Part shown: piece after piece, positions 53,135 through 63,917 of the stretch
How the letters are laid out: each line of letters starts with the position of its first letter
Position numbering within the stretch: position 1 is the stretch's first letter
From: a virus
Taxonomy: Duplodnaviria; Caudoviricetes
IMG/VR virus record: IMGVR_UViG_3300034082_002867
Coordinates: 1-64,000 of that record
Length of the DNA stretch: 64,000 nucleotides
Reading direction: 5' to 3' (one strand)
Program-made: the position numbers and the translations under genes
Notes under the pieces: model-generated
Seen by the model: only the letters and a program-made list of their open reading frames with translations
Told to the model about the DNA's origin: nothing
Database searches by the model: none

Positions 53135-55117
53135 TTATCTGATTGGACATGCACCACCGGCACATTCGGCCATATCTAGCATTTCAATGTTTCCTGATAG
53201 GATGGTAATTAAAGGTTTAACTTTAGCATTGGCTGCTAAATATGCGGCTTCGTCAATTTCTTGATATGGAGCTTGTTTGAATCCATGATCCTTGAACAAA
53301 AGAAAACTGACGCTCTTGATATTGTTTTCGTAATTATCTTTTAGCCAAACTTTGAGAGACTCAAGTTCTTCTGGTTTGTAATAAGCGGTTACAGAAACAG
53401 CGTTATCTGACCAAATAGTTTGTAACTTTTTAACCATATCAAGCTGCTTGATAACATCCATATCCTTTGTAAGGATAGATCCTTCAGGAGTCTTGCATGG
53501 GAAATAAACAACAACCGTATCACGATTCTCAGTTCCATCAAAATTAATAATGAACTCTACATGATAACCCATGTCTTTGCATGTTTGAACGAGACTGTCA
53601 GAGCTAGACATGCGTACTGTACGCATATAATATTCACTAAAAGCTGGATGAACACCGGGAGTAGCTCCACCAAGTAAACTTAATGTTCCGCTGGGTTTGA
53701 TGGTTGTAAGCTTAATGCTTTCAGGCCAACCACGATGCTTACTCCAAGACTTGTCAAAATTGCGTAGAGCAACATAACAATCATCAAGCCAATCAAGCTT
53801 ATCAAGAGACTGGCACACGCCAGTAACGCCAAGGCCAAGGCGCATGTTCTTGTGGACAATACGATTAGTTTCTTCGTGTATGAAAGGTAACGCAGCAATA
53901 GCCTTTTGAGTTTTATAAAGAAGTTTTGCACAGTCAATTAATTCCTCTTTAGAGGTAATGTTGTTTAAATAAAGTTCAGAAAGGTTGCAGCACTCATAAT
54001 TTGCAAGGCTGATTTCAGCGCATGGATTTGTCATTTCACAATTATCTGCATCCGTTGGGTATAAAAGATTTTGAGAAATTGGTCCATCTTTAATACGTCC
54101 AAATTTTTGAGAAAGAGGAAGGTTAAAGAATCCATAAGGCTCACCATTTGCATAACCTGAATCTTTATTTATTTCGTATCCATTTTTCCAAACTTCTTCA
54201 AGAACATGATCGTAGCTATCTGCATAGATAGTATTGTTGCTCATTGCTCGCCAATTTGGAACGTTGCTAGAACCCCAATTCTTGGCGCGAAGATAAAGAA
54301 TATCATCAGGATCGCCTAGAGCGATTTCCGCACTGCGCCGCACATTGCCAGCGACAACAACACTGCCAATAATATTGCAGATATCCAACACATCAATCGA
54401 GCGAAGTTTTTTGCCTTCGCGAGCTTGGAATATTTTTGTGATTTTATCGATTCCGTCAATAAGGATTTGTGGACCACTAGCTTTTCCGCCAAAACCCTTG
54501 ATTGGTTCGCCGTAACCTCTGATGAGAATAGTTGAATACGAAAACGATTTACCTGTAACGTAAAAAGCATCCAGAACTTTAGAAAGTAGATTAACCCAAC
54601 CTTCGCGTTTATCTGGCACAATATAATCAGCGTCTTTAGTGGCTTCATGAATAACATTTACACCTTTCTTAATTTTTGGTAGTTCGTGAACATCTTCGCG
54701 ACGAATACTGTAACCCACACCGCCACCAAGCATTAGATTCTCAAAGAGAAACAAAAAAGCCTTTGGCTCGCGCATTGCTGTTGCCCAGCAATTAAGAAGA
54801 GAATTCGCTCCAAAACGATCTACAGTTGAAGTGCCGAGTTGCCAAAGCATTCGACCTGCAAAATTGCATTTTAAATTAAAAACGTAATCATAAATACGTT
54901 CTGCTTCTTCTTTTGTATATTGTGCGCCAATTTTCTGTGCGCCATTGATACAACGTTCTACTGTTTCATTCCATTCTTCTGTTGTTCCATCTTCCTTTTG
55001 GCGAGCATAAGTTCTTTTGTATACAATATATCCAAGACCGCTAAAGCCCCAGTTGGGTTGTTTGTTTTTATATTGTGCTAAAAAAGAAGAAGACAGAATA
55101 TTTAATTCATCGTTCAT
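53135..55117 (-). CDS. nrdJ: Class II (B12-dependent) monomeric ribonucleotide reductase
   Basis: YKRTYAR, NCWA, TNPCAEI, CNLSE, TIKPSGT, C-terminal CAGGACPIR. Confidence 0.9.
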   Translation of the reverse strand: MNDELNILSSSFLAQYKNKQPNWGFSGLGYIVYKRTYARQKEDGTTEEWNETVERCINGAQKIGAQYTKEEAERIYDYVFNLKCNFAGRMLWQLGTSTVDRFGANSLLNCWATAMREPKAFLFLFENLMLGGGVGYSIRREDVHELPKIKKGVNVIHEATKDADYIVPDKREGWVNLLSKVLDAFYVTGKSFSYSTILIRGYGEPIKGFGGKASGPQILIDGIDKITKIFQAREGKKLRSIDVLDICNIIGSVVVAGNVRRSAEIALGDPDDILYLRAKNWGSSNVPNWRAMSNNTIYADSYDHVLEEVWKNGYEINKDSGYANGEPYGFFNLPLSQKFGRIKDGPISQNLLYPTDADNCEMTNPCAEISLANYECCNLSELYLNNITSKEELIDCAKLLYKTQKAIAALPFIHEETNRIVHKNMRLGLGVTGVCQSLDKLDWLDDCYVALRNFDKSWSKHRGWPESIKLTTIKPSGTLSLLGGATPGVHPAFSEYYMRTVRMSSSDSLVQTCKDMGYHVEFIINFDGTENRDTVVVYFPCKTPEGSILTKDMDVIKQLDMVKKLQTIWSDNAVSVTAYYKPEELESLKVWLKDNYENNIKSVSFLLFKDHGFKQAPYQEIDEAAYLAANAKVKPLITILSGNIEMLDMAECAGGACPIR

Positions 55118-55135
55118 GGTAAAAAGTATTATACA

Positions 55136-56191
55136 CTAGATTTTAAAAATCTCTATGTCGTACTTTACCATACGTTCTACGAGGTTGTCAAAGGAAATTT
55201 TCGGTTTCCAACCTAATTCTTTTCTGGCTGGAGTCGAGTCTCCCAAAAGAAGCTCAACTTCGGCGGGCCTGTAAAATTTAGGATTAATTTTAACTAAAAT
55301 AGACGATTGAATTTCATTTTTAATGGCGTATTCAGTAGACACGCTCATCTGTTCTTCTTGTCCGCATCCATGCCAAACACCTTCGATCCCGGCGCAAACA
55401 AAAGATTTATTAATGAATTCCCTAATTGTGTGTGTTTCGTTGCTTGAGAGAACGTAATCTTTTGGTTTTTCTTGATTCATTATTTTCCAAACGCCATCGA
55501 CAAAATCTTCAGAATCTGACCAGTCTCTTTGAGCGTCTAAATTTCCAAGTTCAATTGGAGAGAATGGTTGATTGTTTTTAATAGCATGGTGTATGCGAGC
55601 AACGCCTTTGCTGATTTTTCTTGTTACAAATTCTTCTCCACGTTTAGTTCCTTCGTGATTAAAAAGAATGCCATGCACAGCATATAGATTATAAGATTCA
55701 CGATAAACTTTAACCAAATGACGAGCAGCGGCTTTGCTTGCTCCGTATGGGCTTCTTGGTCTAACTGGATGAAGAATGTCTTGTGGATTATATTGAACAT
55801 CTCCAAATTCTTCGCTAGACCCAGCGGAATAAAATCGACACTTTGGTTGAAAACGACGAATAGCTTCAAGGCATCTTGCTACACCAGTAGCGTTGACATC
55901 GAAAGTTTGCAAAGGTATTTCCCAACTGCATCCAACAAAACTTTGTGCGCCAAAATTAATAAAATAGTCTGGTTGAATATCTCTTACAATATTGTCTAAA
56001 CTTATAGAATCAGCAAGATCGCCATATACAAATTTAAATCTAGTATTTTTAATGAATGCATTACAATTTATAAAATTAGGATTAGAGGTTCTTCGCATCA
56101 TGCCATAAATTTGAGCGTCAGTATTCTTAAGCAAATATTCGCACATGTTTGCGCCATCTTGTCCTAAAATTCCAGTTATAATTATTTTCAT
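55136..56191 (-). CDS. gmd: GDP-mannose 4,6-dehydratase
   Basis: ITGILGQDG, AQSFV, SEEFG, PRSPYGASK, LFNHEG..RGEEFVTRKI. Confidence 0.93.
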   Translation of the reverse strand: MKIIITGILGQDGANMCEYLLKNTDAQIYGMMRRTSNPNFINCNAFIKNTRFKFVYGDLADSISLDNIVRDIQPDYFINFGAQSFVGCSWEIPLQTFDVNATGVARCLEAIRRFQPKCRFYSAGSSEEFGDVQYNPQDILHPVRPRSPYGASKAAARHLVKVYRESYNLYAVHGILFNHEGTKRGEEFVTRKISKGVARIHHAIKNNQPFSPIELGNLDAQRDWSDSEDFVDGVWKIMNQEKPKDYVLSSNETHTIREFINKSFVCAGIEGVWHGCGQEEQMSVSTEYAIKNEIQSSILVKINPKFYRPAEVELLLGDSTPARKELGWKPKISFDNLVERMVKYDIEIFKI

Positions 56192-56631
56192 ATATTTTGA
56201 TATTTTATAACGTAGTCAGTGCATATTCCATAACATATTGATAGATCACCATCAAAACCTAGTTCTGGTAGTACGCAGATACTATTGGTAAATAATTTTT
56301 TATTTGGATAAGTCCAAATATATTTCTTACTTGTTAAAATCCAATCTTCAGTAGTATGCCAAAATACATTGAAATTGAAGTTTTTATCATTAAGCAATTT
56401 ATAAAATACTTCACCATTTTTAGCGTGTAACCAAAATCGAGAATCAAATAAAAAATTATATTTTATTTCGTATCTAGGATCATCATGACCTAAATAAAAT
56501 TTATTATTAATAAACCAAACGTCGATTTCAACGTTATGACCTAATTTAATTGCTTCATTTATATAATCAGGATGATTTTCTTTTTCTGGATTTGATCCAT
56601 TTATATTACCGCGATGTGCTATCAACTTCAT
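56188..56631 (-). CDS. GDPD-like short phosphodiesterase
   Basis: IAHRGN..EN..VEIDVW..LGHD. Confidence 0.7.
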   Translation of the reverse strand: MKLIAHRGNINGSNPEKENHPDYINEAIKLGHNVEIDVWFINNKFYLGHDDPRYEIKYNFLFDSRFWLHAKNGEVFYKLLNDKNFNFNVFWHTTEDWILTSKKYIWTYPNKKLFTNSICVLPELGFDGDLSICYGICTDYVIKYQNI

Positions 56632-57334
56632 AATTTTTTAAAAAATATTGCAAATCTTCAGGAGTTCCTAGTCCCCACATTTTTTCTATATTATATGTTT
56701 TGATTTTTTTTCCGTCTTGGATGGCTTCGTTAAATACAGGGCATACATAAAATTCATTATTAACTCTAATGTTTTTATTTATCATCTGTTCGGAATATTT
56801 AACGTATTGGCTACCTTTTTTCCAAAAATATATTCCAGCGGTAGCTATATCGCTTATAACTTTTTTTTCTGCAACTTCTATAACATGACCATTTTCATTT
56901 AATTTTACGAAACTCCATTTAGCATCTGTATTATTAAATACGGTTATGTTTCCATCTATTTCATTGTGTAAGCATTCATTAAAAAAGTTTTTAGCATTCC
57001 ATTCGAAAAAATGATCGCTATTAGAAATAAATAAAGGATCATTGGTATTTATATATTCTTTCGCTAATAAAGTTGTGCAAGCAGCGCCTTCAGTTAAGCG
57101 ATCTGTTTCAATTATTTTACAGTTTTTAGATATTTTTTTAAGAATATTATCTAAGTCATATAATTGCCTATGTTCCTTTTGAACAATAAATATATATTGA
57201 CCTTCAACATTTAAATTCTCAACAACATGTTGAATCATTGGTTTTCCTCTTATATCTATTAAAGGTTTAGGTAGATCATATCCTGCATTTTTAAATCGAC
57301 TTCCAGCACCAGCCATTGGTATTAAAATATTCAT
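56606..57334 (-). CDS. Sugar nucleotidyltransferase (GT-A fold)
   Basis: IPMAGAGSRF..LPKPLI, TEGAACT, GLGTPEDL. Confidence 0.88.
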   Translation of the reverse strand: MNILIPMAGAGSRFKNAGYDLPKPLIDIRGKPMIQHVVENLNVEGQYIFIVQKEHRQLYDLDNILKKISKNCKIIETDRLTEGAACTTLLAKEYINTNDPLFISNSDHFFEWNAKNFFNECLHNEIDGNITVFNNTDAKWSFVKLNENGHVIEVAEKKVISDIATAGIYFWKKGSQYVKYSEQMINKNIRVNNEFYVCPVFNEAIQDGKKIKTYNIEKMWGLGTPEDLQYFLKNYEVDSTSR

Positions 57335-57660
57335 ATTTTTTTTATGATATCTATTTTATCGTTCTTAGAGGGGGTTTTCACTACTATTATTTCGCAGTCT
57401 TCTATAAATTCAGGATCTGAAATTTCATAAGGATAGACAACGAATATATCATTTTTTTGTAATATTTTATTTTGGAATTTAATTTTTCCGTTTATTATCA
57501 AATTTATTTCTACTACATCTGTATGGTAGTGCGGATTCCAAATATCAGATTTGAGATGTTTTTTAAAAGCGACTTCAAAGTCATCGGTTTTATACGCTGT
57601 AGGGTTAAAATTTCCTACAAACCATCCTCCTTTCATGTTGTTAAAATCGAATATGTTCAT
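57331..57660 (-). CDS. Cupin-domain protein
   Basis: KGGWFVGNF..HYH..EIN. Confidence 0.78.
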   Translation of the reverse strand: MNIFDFNNMKGGWFVGNFNPTAYKTDDFEVAFKKHLKSDIWNPHYHTDVVEINLIINGKIKFQNKILQKNDIFVVYPYEISDPEFIEDCEIIVVKTPSKNDKIDIIKKI

Positions 57661-58709
57661 TTTGACATTTCAGATTGAATCATTTTATAAATAATTTTAT
57701 CAATTGAATGGTTAAGTTTCCAATTTGGATAGTCTTTGTTAAATTTATTTAAATTGGTTATATACCATTTGTGGTCTCCTATTCTGTTTTCTTCTAAAAT
57801 TGTATGTTTATTCCAATTGATATTGGCTATATTATTAATTTTTTCTATAGCTTCAATTATAGATATAGAGTTTTCTCTGCCTCCTCCAGCATTATAAACT
57901 TCGCCTTTTTTAGGATTTAAGTGAAAACTCCAAAACATATCTACTAAATCGTTACTATAAATATTATCTCTAACTTGTTTACCTTTATATCCAAAAATAT
58001 TATATGATTTATTCTTGATCATGCATTTAATCAAATAAGATAAAAATCCATGCATTTCTGAACCTTTATGATTTTGCCCAGTTAAACAGCCGCCTCTAAA
58101 TGATACAGTGTTCAGATCAAAGTATTTACCATACTCTTGAACCATAATATCTGCTGAAACTTTAGAAGCTCCAAAAACAGAATGTTTACAATTATCTATA
58201 GACATAGATTCATCTATAGATGAAGGAATATTATTTTCAAAAAAATCAAATCTTTTTTCTAATTCTGTTAAGTTTAAAAAATTAGGTCTGTCTCCGTAAA
58301 CCTTATTAGTTGAAGTGAATATAAAACTAGCCTTTGGGCAATACTTTCTAAACATTTCTAACAAATTAATTGTGCCTAAAGCGTTTATTGAAAAATCTGT
58401 AATAGGTTCTTTTGCTGCCCAGTCATGAGATGGTTGGGCCGCTGTATGTATTACAATAGATATGTCAGAATTAAATTTATTGAAAATCATTTCAAGATTT
58501 GATAAATCTCTTATATCTATATTAAAAGATTGAAAATTTTGAAATTCTTGTTTTAGACTATGTTCGACTTCCGAGGTAGAGCATTCTTGTCCAAAAAAAT
58601 AAGATCTCATGTCATTGTCAATCCCAATAACTCTAAAGCCTTTTTTTGAAAAAAATTCAACACAAGAAGATCCAATCAATCCAGAAGATCCAGTTATTAA
58701 AGCTATCAT
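57657..58709 (-). CDS. NAD-dependent epimerase (CDP-paratose 2-epimerase-like)
   Basis: ITGSSGLIG, HTAAQPSHD, STNKVYG, FGASK, QVRDN. Confidence 0.88.
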   Translation of the reverse strand: MIALITGSSGLIGSSCVEFFSKKGFRVIGIDNDMRSYFFGQECSTSEVEHSLKQEFQNFQSFNIDIRDLSNLEMIFNKFNSDISIVIHTAAQPSHDWAAKEPITDFSINALGTINLLEMFRKYCPKASFIFTSTNKVYGDRPNFLNLTELEKRFDFFENNIPSSIDESMSIDNCKHSVFGASKVSADIMVQEYGKYFDLNTVSFRGGCLTGQNHKGSEMHGFLSYLIKCMIKNKSYNIFGYKGKQVRDNIYSNDLVDMFWSFHLNPKKGEVYNAGGGRENSISIIEAIEKINNIANINWNKHTILEENRIGDHKWYITNLNKFNKDYPNWKLNHSIDKIIYKMIQSEMSK

Positions 58710-59335
58710 AATTCGTTATTCTTATAAACATCATCTATGATTAACCTGTTAACAAATGTAAAATTAGCTTTCTCTAAAACTTGTTTAATTTGATAATTGT
58801 TATAATTATTTTCGACTGAAATATATTTTATTTTAAATTTTGAAAAGTCTATTTTTTTTAAAATTTCAATTTCGCCACCTTCTACATCAATTGATAAAAA
58901 ATCAATATTGTATAAATTATATTTTGACAGCAAAGCGTTGATGTCTACGCATTGTATTTCTATTTCAATTGATTTTTGATTAAAAGATTGTATTTCAGAA
59001 TCTATTCTTTTTTTATGTTCGCCTTCGTAACAATCGATTAATCCACTTAACATTTCTGAATAGCCCTCAATTATCTTAAATTTTTTTATATCGTTTTCTT
59101 TCCAAGCTGCAACTTGTTCGCAAAAACAATTTCTATTTTTAATTAATTTTTTAAATACAGATGGAATAGGTTCTATGCATAGACCTTCCCAGTCTAAATA
59201 TTTTTCAAAAAAATAAGAATTGCTTCCATCTATTCCATCGTAAGCTCCAATGTCTACGAAGATGCCATTTCTTTTGTTTTTAAAAAAGTTTTCGTTTAGA
59301 AATTCATCTTGTTTGTATTGGGAAAAATATTTCAT
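58706..59335 (-). CDS. FkbM-family methyltransferase
   Basis: FVDIGAYDG..SNS, IEP, IDFLSIDVEGGE. Confidence 0.9.
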   Translation of the reverse strand: MKYFSQYKQDEFLNENFFKNKRNGIFVDIGAYDGIDGSNSYFFEKYLDWEGLCIEPIPSVFKKLIKNRNCFCEQVAAWKENDIKKFKIIEGYSEMLSGLIDCYEGEHKKRIDSEIQSFNQKSIEIEIQCVDINALLSKYNLYNIDFLSIDVEGGEIEILKKIDFSKFKIKYISVENNYNNYQIKQVLEKANFTFVNRLIIDDVYKNNEL

Positions 59336-59340
59336 TTATT

Positions 59341-60117
59341 TTACTCTCTTATTAAATTATATTCTAAATCAACAGTGGAAATGCTAATTTTATTTATTCC
59401 GCGACTTATGTATCCAAGATAAGCTTCGGCATAAACAAATGGATAAATATCATTATATATTTTTTCAAAATTTGGATATATTTCACAACATATATTTATA
59501 TTTTTAGAAGAACCCATTAACCAAGTGTCAGACAAACTACTATAAGAAAAATTGGACTTTGTTGGATAACTATCGTTCATTCTGCATTCTTGATACTTTT
59601 TTGCACAAAAAATATTATTTTCGTAGTTATCATTAATTAGTTTTAATATATCTAGTTGCTGATTGTATTCTATGTCAATTCTTGTTTTTATAACTAAATC
59701 ATATATAAATCCATTTTCATGTTCGTATTCTTTTTTTAGTTGATTGCAACGATACATTGAATAAAACATACTGGCAAGTTTTGTTTGTTTAGCTGTTGGA
59801 AGATCTACCAAGTGAGAAAATTCTTCAAAATTTTTAGGTTGCTCTAAAATTATTTTTTTTGGAGAAAGGTTGTTGAGAATAGATTCTGTTTTTTCACTTT
59901 GATGTCCAGTTTTAGAATCTAAATAAAATTGAGAAGAATCAAATTTTTTATTTTTATTGTTTTTATCGTACCAGTTATGAATAAATATATCAACATTATT
60001 ATTTTTTAAAATATTTTTTTGAAAACTGTCAACCCCTTTTTCTACAAATCTCGGTTGACCTGATAGACAAAAGGCTATTTTCATTTTTGGATGTTTGGTG
60101 ATAGATATTGTTTCCAT
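59341..60117 (-). CDS. Putative glycosyltransferase-like protein
   Basis: KIAFCLSGQPR..DIFIHNW..YDLVIKTRID. Confidence 0.65.
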   Translation of the reverse strand: METISITKHPKMKIAFCLSGQPRFVEKGVDSFQKNILKNNNVDIFIHNWYDKNNKNKKFDSSQFYLDSKTGHQSEKTESILNNLSPKKIILEQPKNFEEFSHLVDLPTAKQTKLASMFYSMYRCNQLKKEYEHENGFIYDLVIKTRIDIEYNQQLDILKLINDNYENNIFCAKKYQECRMNDSYPTKSNFSYSSLSDTWLMGSSKNINICCEIYPNFEKIYNDIYPFVYAEAYLGYISRGINKISISTVDLEYNLIRE

Positions 60118-60908
60118 AAGTAGTCTTCTGCAACTTTATACTGCAAAGCTAAATGGAAGTTTTGTATTATAATGTTTTTATTTTTTGTATAAAAATCTAA
60201 TAAAAAATTTTTGTTTTCTACTATTTCTCTAACTTCTTCTAAAGTATTAAATGTAAAAAACCCATTCTTATCAAAGAAATTACCGATTGATGGGCATCCC
60301 CAATAAATTGGAATAACTCCAGTAAGAAAACAATCTATAATTTTTTCTGTAAAATAACAATCTTCTTTACAGTTTTCAATTACAATAGAGTATTTAAAAT
60401 TTTTACAGGATTCTATTTTTGGAACATGAATACCGTTTTGTCCGCTTCCCATTACGTTGACAAAATCGGATAAGGTGTTTGCTATTTGAAAACGAATATT
60501 ATGTCCAGGAGCAAATCGTTTGAAAGAATACATCATAGATACTAATTTATTTTTTTCGTGTTCGTATGATATATCGTTTTCATTTATGTGGCAACCTCCG
60601 ATTGGGAGAAGATGTGCATTAGGTCTTTCTAAAATCCTGTTTGAATGAGTAAAAATTTTGTCAAACTTATTCCAATTTTCATAAATATAACTGTATGCTT
60701 GCGGAGTAACTGCTGGCGACTCAACTAGCCATGCGTATTTTTTTATATTAGAATATGAATCAACTTTATGTAAATTATTATCGGTAAAAAAAAGAATATT
60801 ACCATCAATATTTTTGAAATCCCATTCGAAAAACGTTGGTTTAAACCAATTGCTTGATGAATAGGCGTGTGAAAATAAATTATCGATTATAGAAATTTTA
60901 GGAAGCAT
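60081..60908 (-). CDS. GT10 (fucosyltransferase-like) glycosyltransferase
   Basis: FKYSIVIEN..YFTEKIIDCF..IPIYWG. Confidence 0.85.
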   Translation of the reverse strand: MLPKISIIDNLFSHAYSSSNWFKPTFFEWDFKNIDGNILFFTDNNLHKVDSYSNIKKYAWLVESPAVTPQAYSYIYENWNKFDKIFTHSNRILERPNAHLLPIGGCHINENDISYEHEKNKLVSMMYSFKRFAPGHNIRFQIANTLSDFVNVMGSGQNGIHVPKIESCKNFKYSIVIENCKEDCYFTEKIIDCFLTGVIPIYWGCPSIGNFFDKNGFFTFNTLEEVREIVENKNFLLDFYTKNKNIIIQNFHLALQYKVAEDYLWKQYLSPNIQK

Positions 60909-60911
60909 TTT

Positions 60912-61586
60912 TTATTTTTCAGTTGTTAGTATTTGTTCAAGTCGATCATACGTTTCCCAATTAGCAGCAAAAGATGGGAAAATTTGTAATCTTTCTTTAT
61001 TTATTAATTGTTTCCAAACATCAATCCAATTGTCGCATGGAGATATAATTTTATTTACTATAGATGGAGTTAACGCTTGTAGACCGCTCGCGCATATACT
61101 GCATCCTTTATATGAAGACCCTCTGCCTATAGAAGTGACTTTATATTTTAATTGTTTATCTTTGCATTTAATAAAATCAGGATTCATTCCTTTTTTATAT
61201 TTTACTGGTAAAATATAAGAGTCTTCTTCAGAAATATATTCTTTATTCAATTGTTTAAAATTAAAAGACATAATGATATCACAAGGCATGATAATTACAG
61301 GTTTATTTATATATTTAATTACGGTATTAAATAAAAAATAAGAATTGTCTTGACTTATTGTGTTTATTAGGCCGCTAACTTTTTTTTCAATATGAGAAGT
61401 TAATAATTCTGATTTATAGTTATATGTTACATAAATATTGTTTATGCCATTTTCTTTTAAATTATCTATGCAATGATCGATTAATGTTTTGTTTTTTACT
61501 TTAACGAGCGGCTTGGGTACATAATCAGAAACAGGAAACATTCTAGCTCCTTTGCCTCCTGCCATTATTATAGCCGTATCAAACAT
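60912..61586 (-). CDS. NDP-sugar pyrophosphorylase-family nucleotidyltransferase
   Basis: IMAGGKGARM.P..VPKPL. Confidence 0.85.
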   Translation of the reverse strand: MFDTAIIMAGGKGARMFPVSDYVPKPLVKVKNKTLIDHCIDNLKENGINNIYVTYNYKSELLTSHIEKKVSGLINTISQDNSYFLFNTVIKYINKPVIIMPCDIIMSFNFKQLNKEYISEEDSYILPVKYKKGMNPDFIKCKDKQLKYKVTSIGRGSSYKGCSICASGLQALTPSIVNKIISPCDNWIDVWKQLINKERLQIFPSFAANWETYDRLEQILTTEK

Positions 61587-61588
61587 GA

Positions 61589-62536
61589 TTAAATTGAATC
61601 AGAATGCGCGTTTAGCAGTTTAATAATTTCTTCTTCGGTTAATCGAATTGCATTTCCAGAGTGAAGTGTATTTGTTAATGGATTTTTAGATTTTTCATTT
61701 GGTGATATAACGAAATGTTTAACATTATCAATTGCCAATTCCTCGCAAAAAGGTAATTCAGCTTCTCCCATTAGATATTCGTCAAGTCTATCTCCAGGTC
61801 TACCTTCTATTTTTTCATAAGTTCCACCAAACGTTTTAACCCAACATTTTAATATGTCTTCCATTTGGGCTGACTTCATTTCTCTAGATAATATTTTACC
61901 TGCAATAGTTTCTTTTAAATTAATAGCATTAATAACAAGATTTACAGCTTCATCAATTGTAAAAAAGAATCTTCTCATCTCTGGTCCTGTAGTCTTTAAA
62001 ATTTTAGTGTCTTCCCACATTTTTTTCCATAGAGGAAGAACAGATCCAGTTGACCATGCAACATTTCCATATCTAACGCATGCAAATTTAGTATTGGTTT
62101 TTCCGTTCATTAAACAGAACATTTTTTCCATAGTTGCTTTAGATATTCCATAGATATTTCTAATTGGAGGTGCAGCTTTATCAGTAGAAATTCCAATTAC
62201 ATATTCTACGCCACACTCTATTGCCACTCTGGCTATATTTTGAGATCCAACCACGTTTACATCTATCGTTTCCATTGGATATTTTTCAGATAGATCAACA
62301 AATTTAGTTGCAGCAGCATGAATAATAATATCTGGTTTTACAGTATTAATAACATCTCTTACTGAATTTATATTTGATACATCTAGTGGTAAGCTTTCGC
62401 AATCAGTTATTTTACTTGCATAAAAATTATTTTTATTATTTCGCGAACCAAGATATACTTTATAGTTTGATTTTAGTGATTGCGCGAGATTTCTTCCTAA
62501 AAATCCGCTGCCTCCTGTAATTAATATCTTTTTCAT
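61589..62536 (-). CDS. UDP-GlcNAc 4,6-dehydratase (PseB/CapD-like)
   Basis: ITGGSGFLG, HAAA.K.V, ISTDKA, YGISKA, VRYGNV..STGSV. Confidence 0.88.
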   Translation of the reverse strand: MKKILITGGSGFLGRNLAQSLKSNYKVYLGSRNNKNNFYASKITDCESLPLDVSNINSVRDVINTVKPDIIIHAAATKFVDLSEKYPMETIDVNVVGSQNIARVAIECGVEYVIGISTDKAAPPIRNIYGISKATMEKMFCLMNGKTNTKFACVRYGNVAWSTGSVLPLWKKMWEDTKILKTTGPEMRRFFFTIDEAVNLVINAINLKETIAGKILSREMKSAQMEDILKCWVKTFGGTYEKIEGRPGDRLDEYLMGEAELPFCEELAIDNVKHFVISPNEKSKNPLTNTLHSGNAIRLTEEEIIKLLNAHSDSI

Positions 62537-62537
62537 T

Positions 62538-63917
62538 TTATTGATTGCTTTTTTCAGTGCTGCTATTTGTACCGATGTGTTTACAATAGCTATTCTTTAA
62601 ACATGCTGAAATTTTTCCAGAAGAAAAATATTTATTTCCAACTCCGCTTTCTTCATTATACTGTTTATAAGGTTTTATTTCATTATAATCAGATAATTTT
62701 CTTAAGCCGGGATTCCAAGAAAATCCATGCCACACACCAAGATAACCGGGAATATATTCGTGATAAAAATTTTCTTTATTTGTTTTTAGAGTGTTTGAAA
62801 CTGGATGCATACTTCCTTTTTCTCCATCGAATCTTACTCTTAAATTAACGTTTATTATTCTTTTATCAAATTTTAATAAATCTATAGATTTTTGAATAAA
62901 TCCTTTATCGAAAAATTCCCAATCATCTTCGCAATGAAAAATATATTCAGTTTCTACAAAAGAATAGGCTTTATCTATGCTGGCAACTTGACCTATATTT
63001 TCTTCATTTATTATGATTTGACAATTTTTTAAATTTTTTGTTATTTTTTTTAAATTTTCTTCTGTATTTTTTCTTCCAGAATTTTCAATTATGATATATT
63101 TTTCTATTGGATAAGTGTTATTTTTTACAAATGAATTAATAGTTTTTTCAAGCAAATCGAATCTTGCGCATGAAGTAAATACCGCTGTAACTAAATCATC
63201 TTTAAATATCGACTCAGCAAAATGATTATAGTTATTTAACATCCAATTTTTATAATTATATGTATTTTGTTCAATGTCGGAAAAATCTTCTTGCTGAAGA
63301 ATTAAAAGAGGATTTATTATAAAAGCGTTACTGAAATAAAGGACTTCTTGATTTAAAAATACATCGATAGTTCCTTTTTTAATAATCCATTGTACGATAT
63401 TATCTACATAACCTATTTTTTGAGCTGTTTTTTGCATTCCGCTTCGATTGAAAGCTATTGCGTGTGTAGTATGACATGACTTAACTTGATATAGAGATTT
63501 TGAATATTTTTCTATTGGAGCTTTACCGTATACATCAGTCAGGTTTCCTCCTAAATATAAGACGTCCCAATCAGATGGAAGTTCTGCCAAACTGTTTTTT
63601 AAATTTGATAAAACGTCTATTTGTGCGTCATTTATTTCAAAATCATCTTCTAAAACTAAATAATTAGAATAATTATTATCTAAAGCTTTCTTTAGTATAG
63701 TCATATGAGATAACGTGCATCCTGCTTGTCCTAGCAATTTTTTAAATTCAATGTTTTCGTGTTTTAGTTTAAAAGCCGAGAATCTTTCGACTTTATTTAA
63801 AATTCCTAATTTTTTAAATTTTTCTTGACACTTTGCCCATCTGTCTGTTCTGTGGTCTAAATTAATGCAATATATTTTTTCAAAAAAATCAAATGGATTG
63901 TTCATATTTTGTTCCAA
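62538..63917 (-). CDS. GT25-like plus GT2-like glycosyltransferase fusion
   Basis: YCINLDHRTDRW..GCTLSH..VLEDD; second domain TSCARFDLL..FHCEDDW. Confidence 0.85.
   Translation of the reverse strand: MEQNMNNPFDFFEKIYCINLDHRTDRWAKCQEKFKKLGILNKVERFSAFKLKHENIEFKKLLGQAGCTLSHMTILKKALDNNYSNYLVLEDDFEINDAQIDVLSNLKNSLAELPSDWDVLYLGGNLTDVYGKAPIEKYSKSLYQVKSCHTTHAIAFNRSGMQKTAQKIGYVDNIVQWIIKKGTIDVFLNQEVLYFSNAFIINPLLILQQEDFSDIEQNTYNYKNWMLNNYNHFAESIFKDDLVTAVFTSCARFDLLEKTINSFVKNNTYPIEKYIIIENSGRKNTEENLKKITKNLKNCQIIINEENIGQVASIDKAYSFVETEYIFHCEDDWEFFDKGFIQKSIDLLKFDKRIINVNLRVRFDGEKGSMHPVSNTLKTNKENFYHEYIPGYLGVWHGFSWNPGLRKLSDYNEIKPYKQYNEESGVGNKYFSSGKISACLKNSYCKHIGTNSSTEKSNQ

Noticed and set aside
40702-55117. Inteins in DnaE, DnaB, RecA or NrdJ
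   Set aside because: Lengths are normal; no C/S-start...HN-C/S/T blocks or LAGLIDADG inserts
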